The position numbers and the translations under genes were made by a program. DNA of 64,000 bases from Spirochaetia bacterium (GTDB taxonomy: Bacteria; Spirochaetota; Spirochaetia; CADAEX01), in contig JAZURI010000003.1 of the NCBI GenBank assembly GCA_045606105.1, positions 32,001 through 96,000 of the forward strand, given 5' to 3'. Positions 37,689 to 48,149 of this stretch are shown here, piece after piece (positions within the stretch are counted from its first letter, which is position 1; each line of letters starts with the position of its first letter). The notes beneath the pieces are model-generated. The model saw only the letters and a program-made list of their open reading frames with translations. It was not told the DNA's origin and did not search any database.

Positions 37689-38216
37689 ATGGAAGATAAG
37701 GCACGAAAGGAATTTTTTGAAAAGGCTTACAGGGAAATCTTTCCCGTTGTAATCAAGGTGTCTTATCATATTACAAAGAATATGGAGGCTGCACAGGATG
37801 TGTGTCAGGAGGCTTTTATAAAGTTTTACCACCGTTCTGTTCCTCTTCCCAATGTGGATGAGGCCAGATACTGGCTTATAAGGGTGGTGAAGAATCTTTC
37901 CCTGAACTATCTGGAACGGGAGAAGCTTAAATCCCGGACCTTTGAAAAGATGGTAAAGAGTGAGCCTGTTTATACCGATGATACGGGTGAGAGAAGCCTT
38001 CTTAAAAAAGAGACGGCGGCCCTGGTGAACGAAGCACTGGAAAAGCTGCCCGAAAAGCTGAAGACCCCTGTTATTCTCAGGGAATTCGGCGGAATGAACT
38101 ATAAAGATATTGCCAAGGTTCTCGGTATCAGCGAGAGCAATGTAAAGATAAGGATTTTCAGGGGTAGGGAGGCTCTTGAAAATCTGTTGAACAGAGGAGA
38201 GGTATATGTGCCCTGA
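37689..38216 (+). CDS. ECF RNA polymerase sigma factor
   Basis: AQDVCQEAF, WLIRVVKN, LREFGGMNYKDIA..LGISESNVKIRIFRGR. Confidence 0.92.
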   Translation: MEDKARKEFFEKAYREIFPVVIKVSYHITKNMEAAQDVCQEAFIKFYHRSVPLPNVDEARYWLIRVVKNLSLNYLEREKLKSRTFEKMVKSEPVYTDDTGERSLLKKETAALVNEALEKLPEKLKTPVILREFGGMNYKDIAKVLGISESNVKIRIFRGREALENLLNRGEVYVP

Positions 38217-38757
38217 GTTGGATATTCTTTCTACATATTACGACAACGAAATCGAAGCTTCCCTTAGAGAAAAGATCAAGAAGCATGTGGATTCCTGCCC
38301 CTCATGTCAGGAAAAGCTTGCCGAATTTGATAAAATATCGGAAATGCTCCATGAAGATGAGCCCGATTTTGACGAAGCCCAGAGCAATGTCTGGGACAGG
38401 ATCATGAACAGTATCGATACCGAAGAGGAAACACCGGAAGCCGTGACCCCTTCTCCTGCCACCTTCTGGCACAGGAAAATACAGCTTTCAGTTCCGGCCG
38501 CCGCTGCCCTGGCAGCTGCCTTCATAGCAGTTTTCTCAATCGGCATGTTCAGCTTCTTTGCCGGCAGGAGCAATGTTCCTACCAACATGAATCCTGAAAT
38601 AAGCATTACCGATGCCTCAGGTTCTGTCATTGATGACAATCTTCTGAACGACAAGGCCATCGAATTCAATATTCCGGTTGCAAACAACTATATCAGGGCC
38701 GGTGAGCCTATGCTCATCAGGGAAGTGGATTTCAGGAACAGGAACGGAAGATACTGA
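38206..38757 (+). CDS. Zinc-binding (ZAS) anti-sigma factor with one TM
   Basis: MCP...LSTYYDNE...HVDSCPSC (HxxxCxxC), followed by a TM. Confidence 0.88.
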   Translation: MCPELDILSTYYDNEIEASLREKIKKHVDSCPSCQEKLAEFDKISEMLHEDEPDFDEAQSNVWDRIMNSIDTEEETPEAVTPSPATFWHRKIQLSVPAAAALAAAFIAVFSIGMFSFFAGRSNVPTNMNPEISITDASGSVIDDNLLNDKAIEFNIPVANNYIRAGEPMLIREVDFRNRNGRY

Positions 38758-38760
38758 TAT

Positions 38761-39189
38761 ATGAAAAGATTTCTCTGCTGTCTGTTATTTTTAGCTGCCC
38801 CGTTTTATCTTTTTGCCCAGGATTCGGCATACAATGTCTCCATGGAGCTGAAGATCACCGACGGAACAAATCAGCAGACAGTTTCCGATTCCCATGTAAA
38901 CCATGTGACAACTGCCGGAAAACCGGTAACACTCAATATCAACGGCGGAAATTTCAAGGCCGCTGTTATTATTACCCTTTATAATCAGGGCGAAGATTCC
39001 CTGGTTCTTCTTACCCAGAGCAGGGTGGTTTCCACAGACGGTGAGAAAAAGGTCCTGGCAACCGCAAAATCCATTCCGGTGGAGCTTGGGGAAAAGATTC
39101 TCTATTTCCCTCTCGGAATTCTCAGCAAGCCGAATAAAGACGGATACAGCTGTATTCTTGAGCTTCAGGTAACACGGCAGATGCAATGA
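38761..39189 (+). CDS. Exported hypothetical protein
   Basis: Signal peptide and beta-rich body; within the ECF operon. Confidence 0.7.
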   Translation: MKRFLCCLLFLAAPFYLFAQDSAYNVSMELKITDGTNQQTVSDSHVNHVTTAGKPVTLNINGGNFKAAVIITLYNQGEDSLVLLTQSRVVSTDGEKKVLATAKSIPVELGEKILYFPLGILSKPNKDGYSCILELQVTRQMQ

Positions 39190-40820
39190 AACGGTCTGCA
39201 CTCTTTTCCGAAATTACAGCATTCCTGCTTCTTTTTGCCCTTATAGGGGCTTTTCTTTTTATAAGGCAGATTAGGCACGAGGAGCCGGTAATAAAAAGCA
39301 TTACTCCGGAAATCGGCAATCCGGGCGATATCCTGGAGCTTCAGGGAATAAGGTTCGGAGAGTCCCGTTCATCCACAGGTCCCGTAAAGCCGCTGGGCTC
39401 GTCGGTGTTCATAGGCGACAGGAGACTTGTCATTTCCGATTATCTTCTGTGGAGCGATGAAAAAATCAGAATCCGGCTTCCCGATGATATCAGGTCCGGC
39501 TTTGTTATGATTGAAAACAAGAAGGGATTCAGCAATAAGCTTCTCTTTACCAGCCGTCAGGAGATTCCAGTAACCGTGGAGGATACGGTTATCAGGGGAA
39601 CACCCTATATTTCAGGTCTTACGGCCGATTCACCATCCATCGGGGATGAGATTGTCATAGAGGGAAAAGGCTTCGGCTTCGAGCAGGGAACAGGAAAGGT
39701 TTTCTTCTCGCTGATTGTTCCTGAGGAAAAGGTTTCAGGCTTGGGAATCAGGGAATTTACCCCTGAATTTGCCGAATATTCCTATGTGGACTGGAGCGAT
39801 ACCGCCATCAGGCTCCGTATTCCGGACGGCGCGGTTTCGGGAAATATATATGTTCTCACAGACCGGGGAAAAAGCAATTATTTCTATCTGGACATGAATG
39901 AAAACCAGATGGGCAAAAGCTATGTAAGTCCGGCCGGCTACGAGATAACCTACGACATAGAGCTTTTCAATCCGGGGGTGGAGACAGACAATACCCTTTC
40001 CCTCTGGGTTCCCCATTTTATCTCAAGACCTGAGCAGAGAATCATAGAGAGCTCCTCCGGGGAGACACCTGAAATTTCAGGCTACAGGGATACCATGCTC
40101 TACAGGTTTACCGGTGAAAAGATAGGCAGCGGACTTATCCTAGGCAATTCCTCCATTTTTGAGCGCTATGAGACAAAGACCTCTGTCACTCCGTCCAGGG
40201 TGAGAAGAGACTACAGGAAGGATTCCGTTTTCTACAGGAACTATACCAGGGAAGAATTCCTGATTCCTGTGGAAGCACCCGAAATTGCCATAGAACTGAA
40301 AAAAATATCGGTAAACAACAATCCATATACCACATGCCGCAATATCTATAACCATATCTGCCGTATCCTCACCAAGGATGAAAATTGGGGAGAAAACGAT
40401 GTACTGGCATCCCTTGAGAAAAAGAAGGGAGATTCCTATGCCTATTCCATTCTCTTTACCGCAATGGCCAGAAAGGCCGGAATTCCTGCCAGACCTGTAG
40501 CAGGCTTCTATGTTCCGGAGGACCATAAGACAGTACGGCACTTCTGGGCCGAGTTCTTCATACCCGGCATCGGATGGATTCCGGTGGATCCGTTTCTCGG
40601 TGACAGCAAGGATAAATCCGCATATTATTTCGGCAACCAGGATTCCTCCCATATTGTCTTTTCAAAAGGAATCGTGAACCTTCCTATACTGAATCCGGCA
40701 GGGCACCGCATGTTCAGGGATAAGATGTACTATCTCCAGAATGTCTATGCAGAGACTCTGGGACAGGATGAGTATCTGGATGTGGACTGGAAGGATCTGA
40801 AAATCCTCTCCTGGTGGTAA
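39186..40820 (+). CDS. Membrane-anchored IPT/TIG-repeat protein with a transglutaminase-like domain
   Basis: Two P.I.S.TP...G..FG...WSD..I repeats; GDSYAY...AGIPARPVAG...HFWAEF...WIPVDP. Confidence 0.85.
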   Translation: MKRSALFSEITAFLLLFALIGAFLFIRQIRHEEPVIKSITPEIGNPGDILELQGIRFGESRSSTGPVKPLGSSVFIGDRRLVISDYLLWSDEKIRIRLPDDIRSGFVMIENKKGFSNKLLFTSRQEIPVTVEDTVIRGTPYISGLTADSPSIGDEIVIEGKGFGFEQGTGKVFFSLIVPEEKVSGLGIREFTPEFAEYSYVDWSDTAIRLRIPDGAVSGNIYVLTDRGKSNYFYLDMNENQMGKSYVSPAGYEITYDIELFNPGVETDNTLSLWVPHFISRPEQRIIESSSGETPEISGYRDTMLYRFTGEKIGSGLILGNSSIFERYETKTSVTPSRVRRDYRKDSVFYRNYTREEFLIPVEAPEIAIELKKISVNNNPYTTCRNIYNHICRILTKDENWGENDVLASLEKKKGDSYAYSILFTAMARKAGIPARPVAGFYVPEDHKTVRHFWAEFFIPGIGWIPVDPFLGDSKDKSAYYFGNQDSSHIVFSKGIVNLPILNPAGHRMFRDKMYYLQNVYAETLGQDEYLDVDWKDLKILSWW

Positions 40821-41444
40821 TTAATAAAGAATCCTGAAAAAAGTGTTTCCAATGGCAGAAATCGTTGTATTTCCCCCTGCCTTGCGGTATTTTATCAGCT
40901 GCTGGAAATTTTCCTGGGTCTGGATAGGGGCAAAAAGCTCTCCTCTCTCCTTAAGCTGATCTGTAAAGAGATTTGTAAGGGTTGTTATTCCCCCCTGTAT
41001 GAAGATTATGTCAAAAGGTCCCTTGTCGGAAAAATAACCGTAGTTGCTGCCGTAGTAGGCGGTGATGTTATCAAGTCCCTTTTCGGAGAAGATTGCTGTA
41101 TAGGTTTCTGAATTCCGTCCTGTTTCTATAAGGTAGATTTCCGGAAACAGCTTTGCAAAAACCGATGCGCAGTAACCGCCGTTGTTGGCAATTATCAGTA
41201 CCCTGGCGTTTTCATAGGTCGATATGTTCCTGAGAACCAGGTTGAGGTCGGAATCGGATGGAATCCTGCCGTCATCCGCAAGAGGTACGGAGGAATCGTC
41301 GTAGACATAGCTTTTCAGTTCGTCGGGAATGAAGTCCCCTCTGTCTGTGCTGCGGAGAATCTCCTCATACTGGGGAGCCTTGTTCTGGGCAGCCGGCTGA
41401 AACACGGCAATCATCATTAATATAAACAGGAAAACCAATCTCAT
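40821..41444 (-). CDS. Protein-L-isoaspartate methyltransferase-like protein, divergent, with signal peptide
   Basis: DRGDFIP...YVYDD..VPL, GPFDIIF, QLKERGELFAP resemble PIMT; SAM motif degenerate. Confidence 0.65.
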   Translation of the reverse strand: MRLVFLFILMMIAVFQPAAQNKAPQYEEILRSTDRGDFIPDELKSYVYDDSSVPLADDGRIPSDSDLNLVLRNISTYENARVLIIANNGGYCASVFAKLFPEIYLIETGRNSETYTAIFSEKGLDNITAYYGSNYGYFSDKGPFDIIFIQGGITTLTNLFTDQLKERGELFAPIQTQENFQQLIKYRKAGGNTTISAIGNTFFRILY

Positions 41445-41508
41445 TGCCGGAATGATACTCACTTTTTTTCAAAAAATAAATAGAAATAAGAAAAAAACAA
41501 AAAAAATG

Positions 41509-41538
41509 TTGACTTATGCAAAAAGAGGGTGTTATCCT
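41509..41538 (+). promoter_or_regulatory. Sigma70-type promoter of hup
   Basis: A-tract, TTGACT, 18-nt spacer, TGt-TATCCT. Confidence 0.6.
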
Positions 41539-41595
41539 AAAATTGAAGTTCCTATAAGGGAAAAACCTTAAATGTTACACGATAGGAGAATTATT

Positions 41596-41868
41596 ATGTC
41601 CAAAACAGAACTTATTGATTTCATTGCTGCTGAAAGCGGAATTTCAAAAGCTGCTGCAGCCAAGGCACTCAACGCTACACTTGATGGGATCACAAAGGGC
41701 GTCAAAGAGGACGGCAAAGTTGTTCTTGTAGGATTCGGTACTTTTGCTGCTAAGGAAAGAGCTGCAAGAAGCGGTATCAACCCACTTACAAAAAAACCTC
41801 TTGAAATTCCTGCAAAGAAAGTTGCAGTTTTCAAAGCCGGAAGCAAATTTAAAGATGCTATAAAATAA
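41596..41868 (+). CDS. hup: HU family DNA-binding protein
   Basis: MSKTELI, LVGFGTF, ARSGINPLT, FKAGSKFK. Confidence 0.96.
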   Translation: MSKTELIDFIAAESGISKAAAAKALNATLDGITKGVKEDGKVVLVGFGTFAAKERAARSGINPLTKKPLEIPAKKVAVFKAGSKFKDAIK

Positions 41869-41891
41869 TTAAATTTTATGCATACAGTATG

Positions 41892-41929
41892 TACCTCTGT
41901 GATATAGCTTCATGGGGGTATTTTTTTTT
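41892..41929 (+). terminator. Intrinsic terminator after hup
   Basis: TACCTCTGTGA / TCATGGGGGTA stem (with G-U pairs) followed by T9. Confidence 0.7.
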
Positions 41930-41934
41930 AAATT

Positions 41935-42864
41935 ATGTACGGAAAAGTTTTATTCGGAATCAACAATATATATACGGTCAGACCTGCAGAAGGGGCTGAT
42001 GTAATGTGCCGCATCAAGGGCAAGGTCCTGAAGGGCTGCGAGAATGTCTACAATCCCATTACCGCCGGAGATGAGGTGGAATTTGAAAATTCCCTTATTA
42101 CAGCTCTGCTTCCCAGAAGGAATGCACTGACCAGATGGAACCGGAAAAGGATGATGAGCCAGGTGATTGCAGCCAATCTCGATGTCCTTTTTGTGGTATC
42201 CGCAGCGGGAGAGCCTCCGTTCAGGCCCCGTTTTGTGGACAAGATAATAGCAAACTCCTGTAACAAGTATAAGGATGATTATGAAATAGTCCTGGTCATG
42301 AACAAATGTGACTTAGGTGTGGATGAGGATATCATGGAGCGGCTTGAAAACTATAAGGAAATAGGCCTTAAGGTTTTCTTTGTATCTGCGTCCACCGGAG
42401 AGGGAATCGATGAGCTTAGGGCTTATGCCAGAGGTAAATACTGTGCCTTTGCCGGACAGTCCGGTGTGGGAAAGTCCTCCCTTCTCAATGCTCTCAACAG
42501 CGAGGTATCCCGCAGGGTGGGAGAGGTATCCAGGAAATATAACAGAGGAAGGCATGTGACCAACTATTCCCTTTTTGTTCCCGACAATGAATACGGCGGC
42601 GGAATTACCGATACTCCGGGAATCAGGGAAATATTCGTGGACGGCATAGAGCCTGAGGAGCTGATTCTCCATTTCATGGAGCTGGCACCATATTACGGAA
42701 AATGCAGCTATTCCTCATGTACCCATACGGTGGAGCCGGGCTGTGCCGTAACCGAGGCGGCTGCGGCAGGAAAGATCCACCCCGACAGGTTCGAGGCATA
42801 CAGAAGGACCTACAGTGAGCTGACAGAGCAGGCAGCGGAAATATATGGAAAAACATATTCTTGA
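41935..42864 (+). CDS. rsgA: Ribosome small subunit-dependent GTPase A
   Basis: NKCDL, GQSGVGKSSL, RGRHVT, DTPG and C-terminal C..C.H..EPGC. Confidence 0.95.
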   Translation: MYGKVLFGINNIYTVRPAEGADVMCRIKGKVLKGCENVYNPITAGDEVEFENSLITALLPRRNALTRWNRKRMMSQVIAANLDVLFVVSAAGEPPFRPRFVDKIIANSCNKYKDDYEIVLVMNKCDLGVDEDIMERLENYKEIGLKVFFVSASTGEGIDELRAYARGKYCAFAGQSGVGKSSLLNALNSEVSRRVGEVSRKYNRGRHVTNYSLFVPDNEYGGGITDTPGIREIFVDGIEPEELILHFMELAPYYGKCSYSSCTHTVEPGCAVTEAAAAGKIHPDRFEAYRRTYSELTEQAAEIYGKTYS

Positions 42865-45181
42865 CATATCGGGCTTTGAGGCCGTTAAGGAAGGGCTGAA
42901 GCAGTATACGGTATCGGAGGGGGGAGCCGCCCTCATAGAGAGGCAGGAGCCGGAAAGCGACTATGCCAGGTGGAGGGAAAGGCAGGATATTTTCTGTGCC
43001 CTCAAGCTGGTCCTTTCCAGGGCAACATCCTTTCCGTCGGTAACCTTTCCCGAAATATCCCATTATGCGGTAAAGGCAGCCAAGGAGGGGGCTGTACTGG
43101 AGGCCGTTGAGCTGGCATCGGTATATGTTTTCCTTAAAAGTGCGGCGGTTCTCAGGCGTTTTCTCTTTTCCCTGGAAGGCTTTGAAACAGTACGGTTTTT
43201 AGGGGACTATGAGGAGTTCCTTGATCTCAGGAATGAAATATCCAGATATCTTCTTCCCAACGGAACCCTGAAAGAGGACAGCATCAGGGAGCTTACCTCC
43301 ATAAAGAAAAGAATAGCCGCAACCAACCGGCTCATAGCCAGGACTGCAGACGAATATCTCCAGAACAGCGAATACAGAAGCTTCTGGCAGGAGAGCAATG
43401 TCACCATGAGGGACGGAAGGGCAGTACTTCCTCTCAAGGCCAATTTCAAGGGGCGTGTCCAGGGAATCATCCATTCCTCCTCCTTCAGGGGAAACACCAT
43501 CTTCATAGAACCGGCCGGCATGGTGGAAAAAAATAACCAGCTCATGGAGCTTGAGGAGGAATACAGAAGGGAAATCTTCAAGATTCTCAGGAATCTTACC
43601 TTCAAGGTAGGCTTTGTTTCAGAGGGGCTGGTAAGGCTTTCGCAGCAGATAGCCCTTTTTGACAGCTATTACAGCCGTGTACGGTATACCGATTCCTACG
43701 GAGGAACCATTCCGGACCATTCCGAAAGGGGGATAACCCTCTACGATGCACGACATCTGCTTCTGGGAGATAGGGCGGTGCCGGTGGATATCCTTATCAA
43801 GGAAAACATAAACATTCTCCTGATAAGCGGTCCTAATACAGGAGGAAAGACAGTAGCGCTTAAAACAGCGGCCCTTATGGTGCTGATGAACCAGTTCAAC
43901 CTGGGAATCCCTGCACGGGAAGGAAGCTCGCTGCCGTTTTTCGACAATGTCCTGGCCGATATAGGAGACGGACAATCCATAGCCGATTCCCTTTCCACAT
44001 TCTCTGCCCACATGAAGAACATTTCCCATATCCTGGAAACAGGGACTGAAAAATCCCTTATCCTGCTGGATGAGCCGGGAACAGGAACCGACCCTGACGA
44101 AGGGGCAGCCATTGCCATGTCGGTATTTGACAGCATTGCGGAAAGGAATGCACTGGCCCTGGTTACCACCCATCAGTCCGTAATCAAGAATTATGCCTTT
44201 GTAAACTCATTTGCAGAAAATATTTCGGTAAAGTACGATCCCGAAACCTTCACTCCGGAATACAAGCTGGTTTACGGAGTACCGGGAGAGAGCTTCGGTA
44301 TAGATATAGCGGGCAAGAACGGAATCCCTGAGAGCATAATCGGCAAGGCCAGGGAATATCTGGGCAGCGAAAAGATAAACATCAACCTTCTTCTCAAGCA
44401 GATCAGCGAAAAGCATGCAGAGCTGGAGGAACGGGAGGCATCAATCAGAAGCTCAGAAAACGAGATAAAGGAGAGCCGGAGAGAGCTGTCTCTGAAGAAG
44501 CTTCAGCTGCAGCAGAAGGAATATGAAATCAGGAAAAATGAAAGTGTATCCTATTCAAGACTGGTAAGCGAAACCTCAAGCCGCCTGGAAAACATGGTCA
44601 GGGAGCTGCGGGAAGGGGAGATTACCAAGGAAAAAACCAAGGCTGTAAAGAAATTCATAGATGAAATCCACGAAAACGAGGAAAAGCTGAAGCAGAAGGC
44701 CGAAGCCCTTAAAACCGAGGCTGCGGAAGAGGATATTGTCTATAAGCAGGATGATCCCGTCTATGTGGGAGAAAGCCGTCAGGACGGAGTGATTATCCGG
44801 GAGATGAAAAAAGGAAAATATCTGGTGGCTGTGGGCCAGCTGAGAATCGTGGTGGACAGCAAGGATCTTTCTCCCGGAAAAGCAAAGGAAGAGAAAGGAA
44901 AGATAACAAGGTCTGTACTCAGCAGCTACAGAAAACCTGAATTTGAACTGGATATAAGGGGCTGCAGACTGGATGAGGCCATAGCCCAGCTGGAAAGACA
45001 GATGGACAGCGTCCTTCTCTGCGGATTGAATGAATTTTCTGTAATACACGGTACGGGGGAGGGAATACTGCAGAAGGGAGTCCGGGATTTTCTTTCCGGC
45101 AACAGGAATGTGGATTCCTTTAAATTTGCCACCCCTGAAAACGGCGGATTCGGAAAGACTCTGGTAAAGCTGGTAAAATGA
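42845..45181 (+). CDS. mutS2: Endonuclease MutS2
   Basis: SGPNTGGKT, LSTFSAH, LLDEPGTGTDP and Smr domain (IHGTGEGIL). Confidence 0.95.
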   Translation: MEKHILDISGFEAVKEGLKQYTVSEGGAALIERQEPESDYARWRERQDIFCALKLVLSRATSFPSVTFPEISHYAVKAAKEGAVLEAVELASVYVFLKSAAVLRRFLFSLEGFETVRFLGDYEEFLDLRNEISRYLLPNGTLKEDSIRELTSIKKRIAATNRLIARTADEYLQNSEYRSFWQESNVTMRDGRAVLPLKANFKGRVQGIIHSSSFRGNTIFIEPAGMVEKNNQLMELEEEYRREIFKILRNLTFKVGFVSEGLVRLSQQIALFDSYYSRVRYTDSYGGTIPDHSERGITLYDARHLLLGDRAVPVDILIKENINILLISGPNTGGKTVALKTAALMVLMNQFNLGIPAREGSSLPFFDNVLADIGDGQSIADSLSTFSAHMKNISHILETGTEKSLILLDEPGTGTDPDEGAAIAMSVFDSIAERNALALVTTHQSVIKNYAFVNSFAENISVKYDPETFTPEYKLVYGVPGESFGIDIAGKNGIPESIIGKAREYLGSEKININLLLKQISEKHAELEEREASIRSSENEIKESRRELSLKKLQLQQKEYEIRKNESVSYSRLVSETSSRLENMVRELREGEITKEKTKAVKKFIDEIHENEEKLKQKAEALKTEAAEEDIVYKQDDPVYVGESRQDGVIIREMKKGKYLVAVGQLRIVVDSKDLSPGKAKEEKGKITRSVLSSYRKPEFELDIRGCRLDEAIAQLERQMDSVLLCGLNEFSVIHGTGEGILQKGVRDFLSGNRNVDSFKFATPENGGFGKTLVKLVK

Positions 45182-45723
45182 TGGAAAAAAAAGAACTGAG
45201 AAAAGAGATAAAAAGAAGATTCGCAGCTCTGGCAAGGGAAGAATTTTCCGTAAAAAGTGCGGTAGTTCTGGAAAAGCTGAAAGCGCTCCCGGAATGGAAT
45301 AAAGCAGGGACAATCTTTGCCTTTATCTCCATGAAGGATGAAATAGATACGGAAGCAATACTTACGGAAATCCTTGCAGCCGGAAAAAAGCTGGCTGTTC
45401 CCCGCATCGATGGGGAAAATCTGGTTTTCCACCTTATAGAAAGCATAACCGAAGGGCTGGTACCCGACTGTTACGGAATCCCGGAGCCTGAGGCCTCAGC
45501 TCTGGTGGCAATTCCGGCCGGAAACGACATGATGCTGATTCCCGGGCTGGCCTTTGACAGCCGCAATAACAGGCTGGGGCGTGGCAAGGGCTTCTACGAC
45601 CGATACCTGGCATCCATTCCGGAAGCTATATCCAGAATCGGAATCTGCTACGATTTCCAGATGGTGGAGGCAGTGCCCACAGAGCCTCACGACAGACCTC
45701 TGGACATGATAATTTACGGATAA
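45178..45723 (+). CDS. 5-formyltetrahydrofolate cyclo-ligase
   Basis: KKELRKE, IPGLAFD..RLGRGKGFYDRYL, EPHD. Confidence 0.93.
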   Translation: MMEKKELRKEIKRRFAALAREEFSVKSAVVLEKLKALPEWNKAGTIFAFISMKDEIDTEAILTEILAAGKKLAVPRIDGENLVFHLIESITEGLVPDCYGIPEPEASALVAIPAGNDMMLIPGLAFDSRNNRLGRGKGFYDRYLASIPEAISRIGICYDFQMVEAVPTEPHDRPLDMIIYG

Positions 45724-45727
45724 GACA

Positions 45728-46618
45728 ATGTATGAAATCAAGGAACTGACCCCAAGATGCCTTTTTATGGAAAGCCCTGCAAAGATAGGGATAATCAGGC
45801 TTTCTGAAAGCGAAGTGTGCCTTATAGACAGCGGAAGCGACAAGGAGGCCGGGAGAAAGGTACGGCAGCAGCTGGATGCAAACAAGTGGAAGCTGAAAGC
45901 CATATTCAACACCCATTCCAATGCCGACCATATCGGAGGAAATGCCTATCTGCAGAAGCAGACCGGATGTGAGATATATGCACCGGGAATAGAGTGCAGC
46001 TTCACCCGTCATCCTATACTGGAGCCCTCGTTTCTTTATGGCGGATACCCTTTTTCTGAGCTCAGGCACAAGTTTCTTCTGGCACAGGAAAGCAATGTCC
46101 GGCCCTTGACCGCAGATGTACTGCCTGAAGGGATGACAGCAATTCCATTGCCGGGCCATTTTTTCGACATGACAGGATTTACCGTTGAGGATGGCGGAAA
46201 AAAGGTTATCTATCTGGCAGATTCCCTTTCGGGAGAGGCAACCCTGAAAAAATACCGCATAGGTTTTATCTACGATGTGGGCCGTTATCTGGAGACCCTG
46301 GAAAAGGTAAAGAAGCTGGAGGCCGATATATTTGTACCATCCCATGCGGCGGTGACTGACAACATAGCACCCCTGGCACAGACAAACATTGACAATGTAC
46401 TGGAAAACGGGGAAATCATCCTGGAAATATGCAGTGAAGCTACCTGTTTCGAGACTGTCCTGAAAAAGCTCTTTGACAGATACGGCCTTACAATGAATGC
46501 CCAGCAGTATGTCCTGGTGGGAAGTACCGTACGGAGCTATCTTACCTGGCTGAAGGAAACCGGCCGGCTGGAAATGATTTTCGAGAGCAACATGATGCTC
46601 TGGAAAAGAAAAAAATAA
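45728..46618 (+). CDS. MBL-fold metallo-hydrolase
   Basis: LIDSG, NTHSNADHIGG, LPGH, VPSH. Confidence 0.9.
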   Translation: MYEIKELTPRCLFMESPAKIGIIRLSESEVCLIDSGSDKEAGRKVRQQLDANKWKLKAIFNTHSNADHIGGNAYLQKQTGCEIYAPGIECSFTRHPILEPSFLYGGYPFSELRHKFLLAQESNVRPLTADVLPEGMTAIPLPGHFFDMTGFTVEDGGKKVIYLADSLSGEATLKKYRIGFIYDVGRYLETLEKVKKLEADIFVPSHAAVTDNIAPLAQTNIDNVLENGEIILEICSEATCFETVLKKLFDRYGLTMNAQQYVLVGSTVRSYLTWLKETGRLEMIFESNMMLWKRKK

Positions 46619-46708
46619 AAAAATTTTACCGATACATGTCAATTTTTCTCATACAGACCCCTTGTATGAATCAAAAAGGGGTGAATAACACCACAGTGCG
46701 ATTTTTTT

Positions 46709-48079
46709 TCAGAAGAACTTTGCAATATATCCCTGTATAAAGATTATAAACAGGATTACCGGCAGGATGTACTTGGAGTACCATCTCAGCTTTTCAGGCA
46801 TTGCAATACCGTTTCCGGTGTTCGCTTCCTTGATGAAATTGTTCCAGCCCCAGCCGTACTTGTCTGAAACGCAGAACAGTACATAAGTCAAAGAGCCCAG
46901 TACCAGCAGGTTGTTGCTCAGGATAAAATCTTCCAGGTCCAGGATTGTGGAGCCCGGTCCCAGCGGCTGGATGAAGGAAAGCACATTGAATCCCAGGGCT
47001 GCCGGCAGGGAAAGGATTATCATGGCAAAGATGTTTGTAAGGCAGGATTTTCTTCTGCTCCAGCCCCACAGGTCCATTCCGAAGGAAACTATGTTTTCAA
47101 ATACGGCCACTATTGTGGAAAGTGCCGCAAAGAGAAGGAACAGGAAGAAAAGCGATCCCCAGATGCGTCCTCCCGGCATGTTGGAAAAAACCAGGGGAAG
47201 GGTTTCAAATATAAGTCCCGGTCCCGCACCCGGATTCACCCCGTATGCAAAGCATGCCGGAATGATGATGAGTCCCGAAGTAAATGCTACAAAGGTATCC
47301 AGGGCCGCAATTGAAAGGGCCTCTCCGAAAAGTCTTCTTTCCTTCTTGATATAGCTTCCGAAGATAGCCATTGATCCTACACCGATGGAGAGGGTGAAGA
47401 ATGCCTGACCGATGGCGGCAAAAAGCACTTCTCCGATGGAATGATTAGTTATTCTGGAAAAATCGGGAACAAGATAATATCTCAGTCCCTCTTTCGAGCC
47501 GGGAAGGATAATGGAATGGATAGCCAGAAGTACAATGATTACAAGCAGTGTCAGCATCATGAACTTGGTTATCTTTTCAACTCCCTTCTTGAGTCCCATG
47601 GAGCAGATAAGGAAGCCGGAACCAACTGTCAGCATCATGTATTTGACCATGGATCCCGGATTTGAAATAAGGGCTCCGAACTGTGCCGCTATATCAGGTG
47701 CGGTTGCTCCTATAAAATCCCCATTGAGGCTTTTCAGCAGATATGCGAACATCCAGCCTGTCACACTGGTGTAGAACATCATCAGCATGTAGTTTCCGAT
47801 TACTCCCACATAGCCCATTATGTGCCATTTGGTTCCCTTCGGCTCCAGTACCCTGAATGATTTTGCAATACTTTTCTGGGAAGCTCTTCCTACGGAGAAC
47901 TCCATGGTCATTATAGGAAGCCCGAAAATGATGAGGAAAAGAAGGTATATGAGGATAAAAGCAGCTCCTCCGTACTCCCCGACTATATACGGAAATCTCC
48001 AGACATTTCCAAGTCCTATGGCGCATCCCGCCGATATAAGTATAAAACCGAGTCGTGAGTTGAACTTTTCTCTTTCCAT
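46709..48079 (-). CDS. Sodium-dependent transporter, NSS/SNF family
   Basis: AGCAIGLGNVWRFPY, QAFFTLSIG, GPGLIF. Confidence 0.94.
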   Translation of the reverse strand: MEREKFNSRLGFILISAGCAIGLGNVWRFPYIVGEYGGAAFILIYLLFLIIFGLPIMTMEFSVGRASQKSIAKSFRVLEPKGTKWHIMGYVGVIGNYMLMMFYTSVTGWMFAYLLKSLNGDFIGATAPDIAAQFGALISNPGSMVKYMMLTVGSGFLICSMGLKKGVEKITKFMMLTLLVIIVLLAIHSIILPGSKEGLRYYLVPDFSRITNHSIGEVLFAAIGQAFFTLSIGVGSMAIFGSYIKKERRLFGEALSIAALDTFVAFTSGLIIIPACFAYGVNPGAGPGLIFETLPLVFSNMPGGRIWGSLFFLFLLFAALSTIVAVFENIVSFGMDLWGWSRRKSCLTNIFAMIILSLPAALGFNVLSFIQPLGPGSTILDLEDFILSNNLLVLGSLTYVLFCVSDKYGWGWNNFIKEANTGNGIAMPEKLRWYSKYILPVILFIIFIQGYIAKFF

Positions 48080-48149
48080 TTTCTTCTCCTAAAAAACATT
48101 ATAATTCTAGCCTTAATTCAATCGGGTTGCAAGTATATTGATTATCAAT

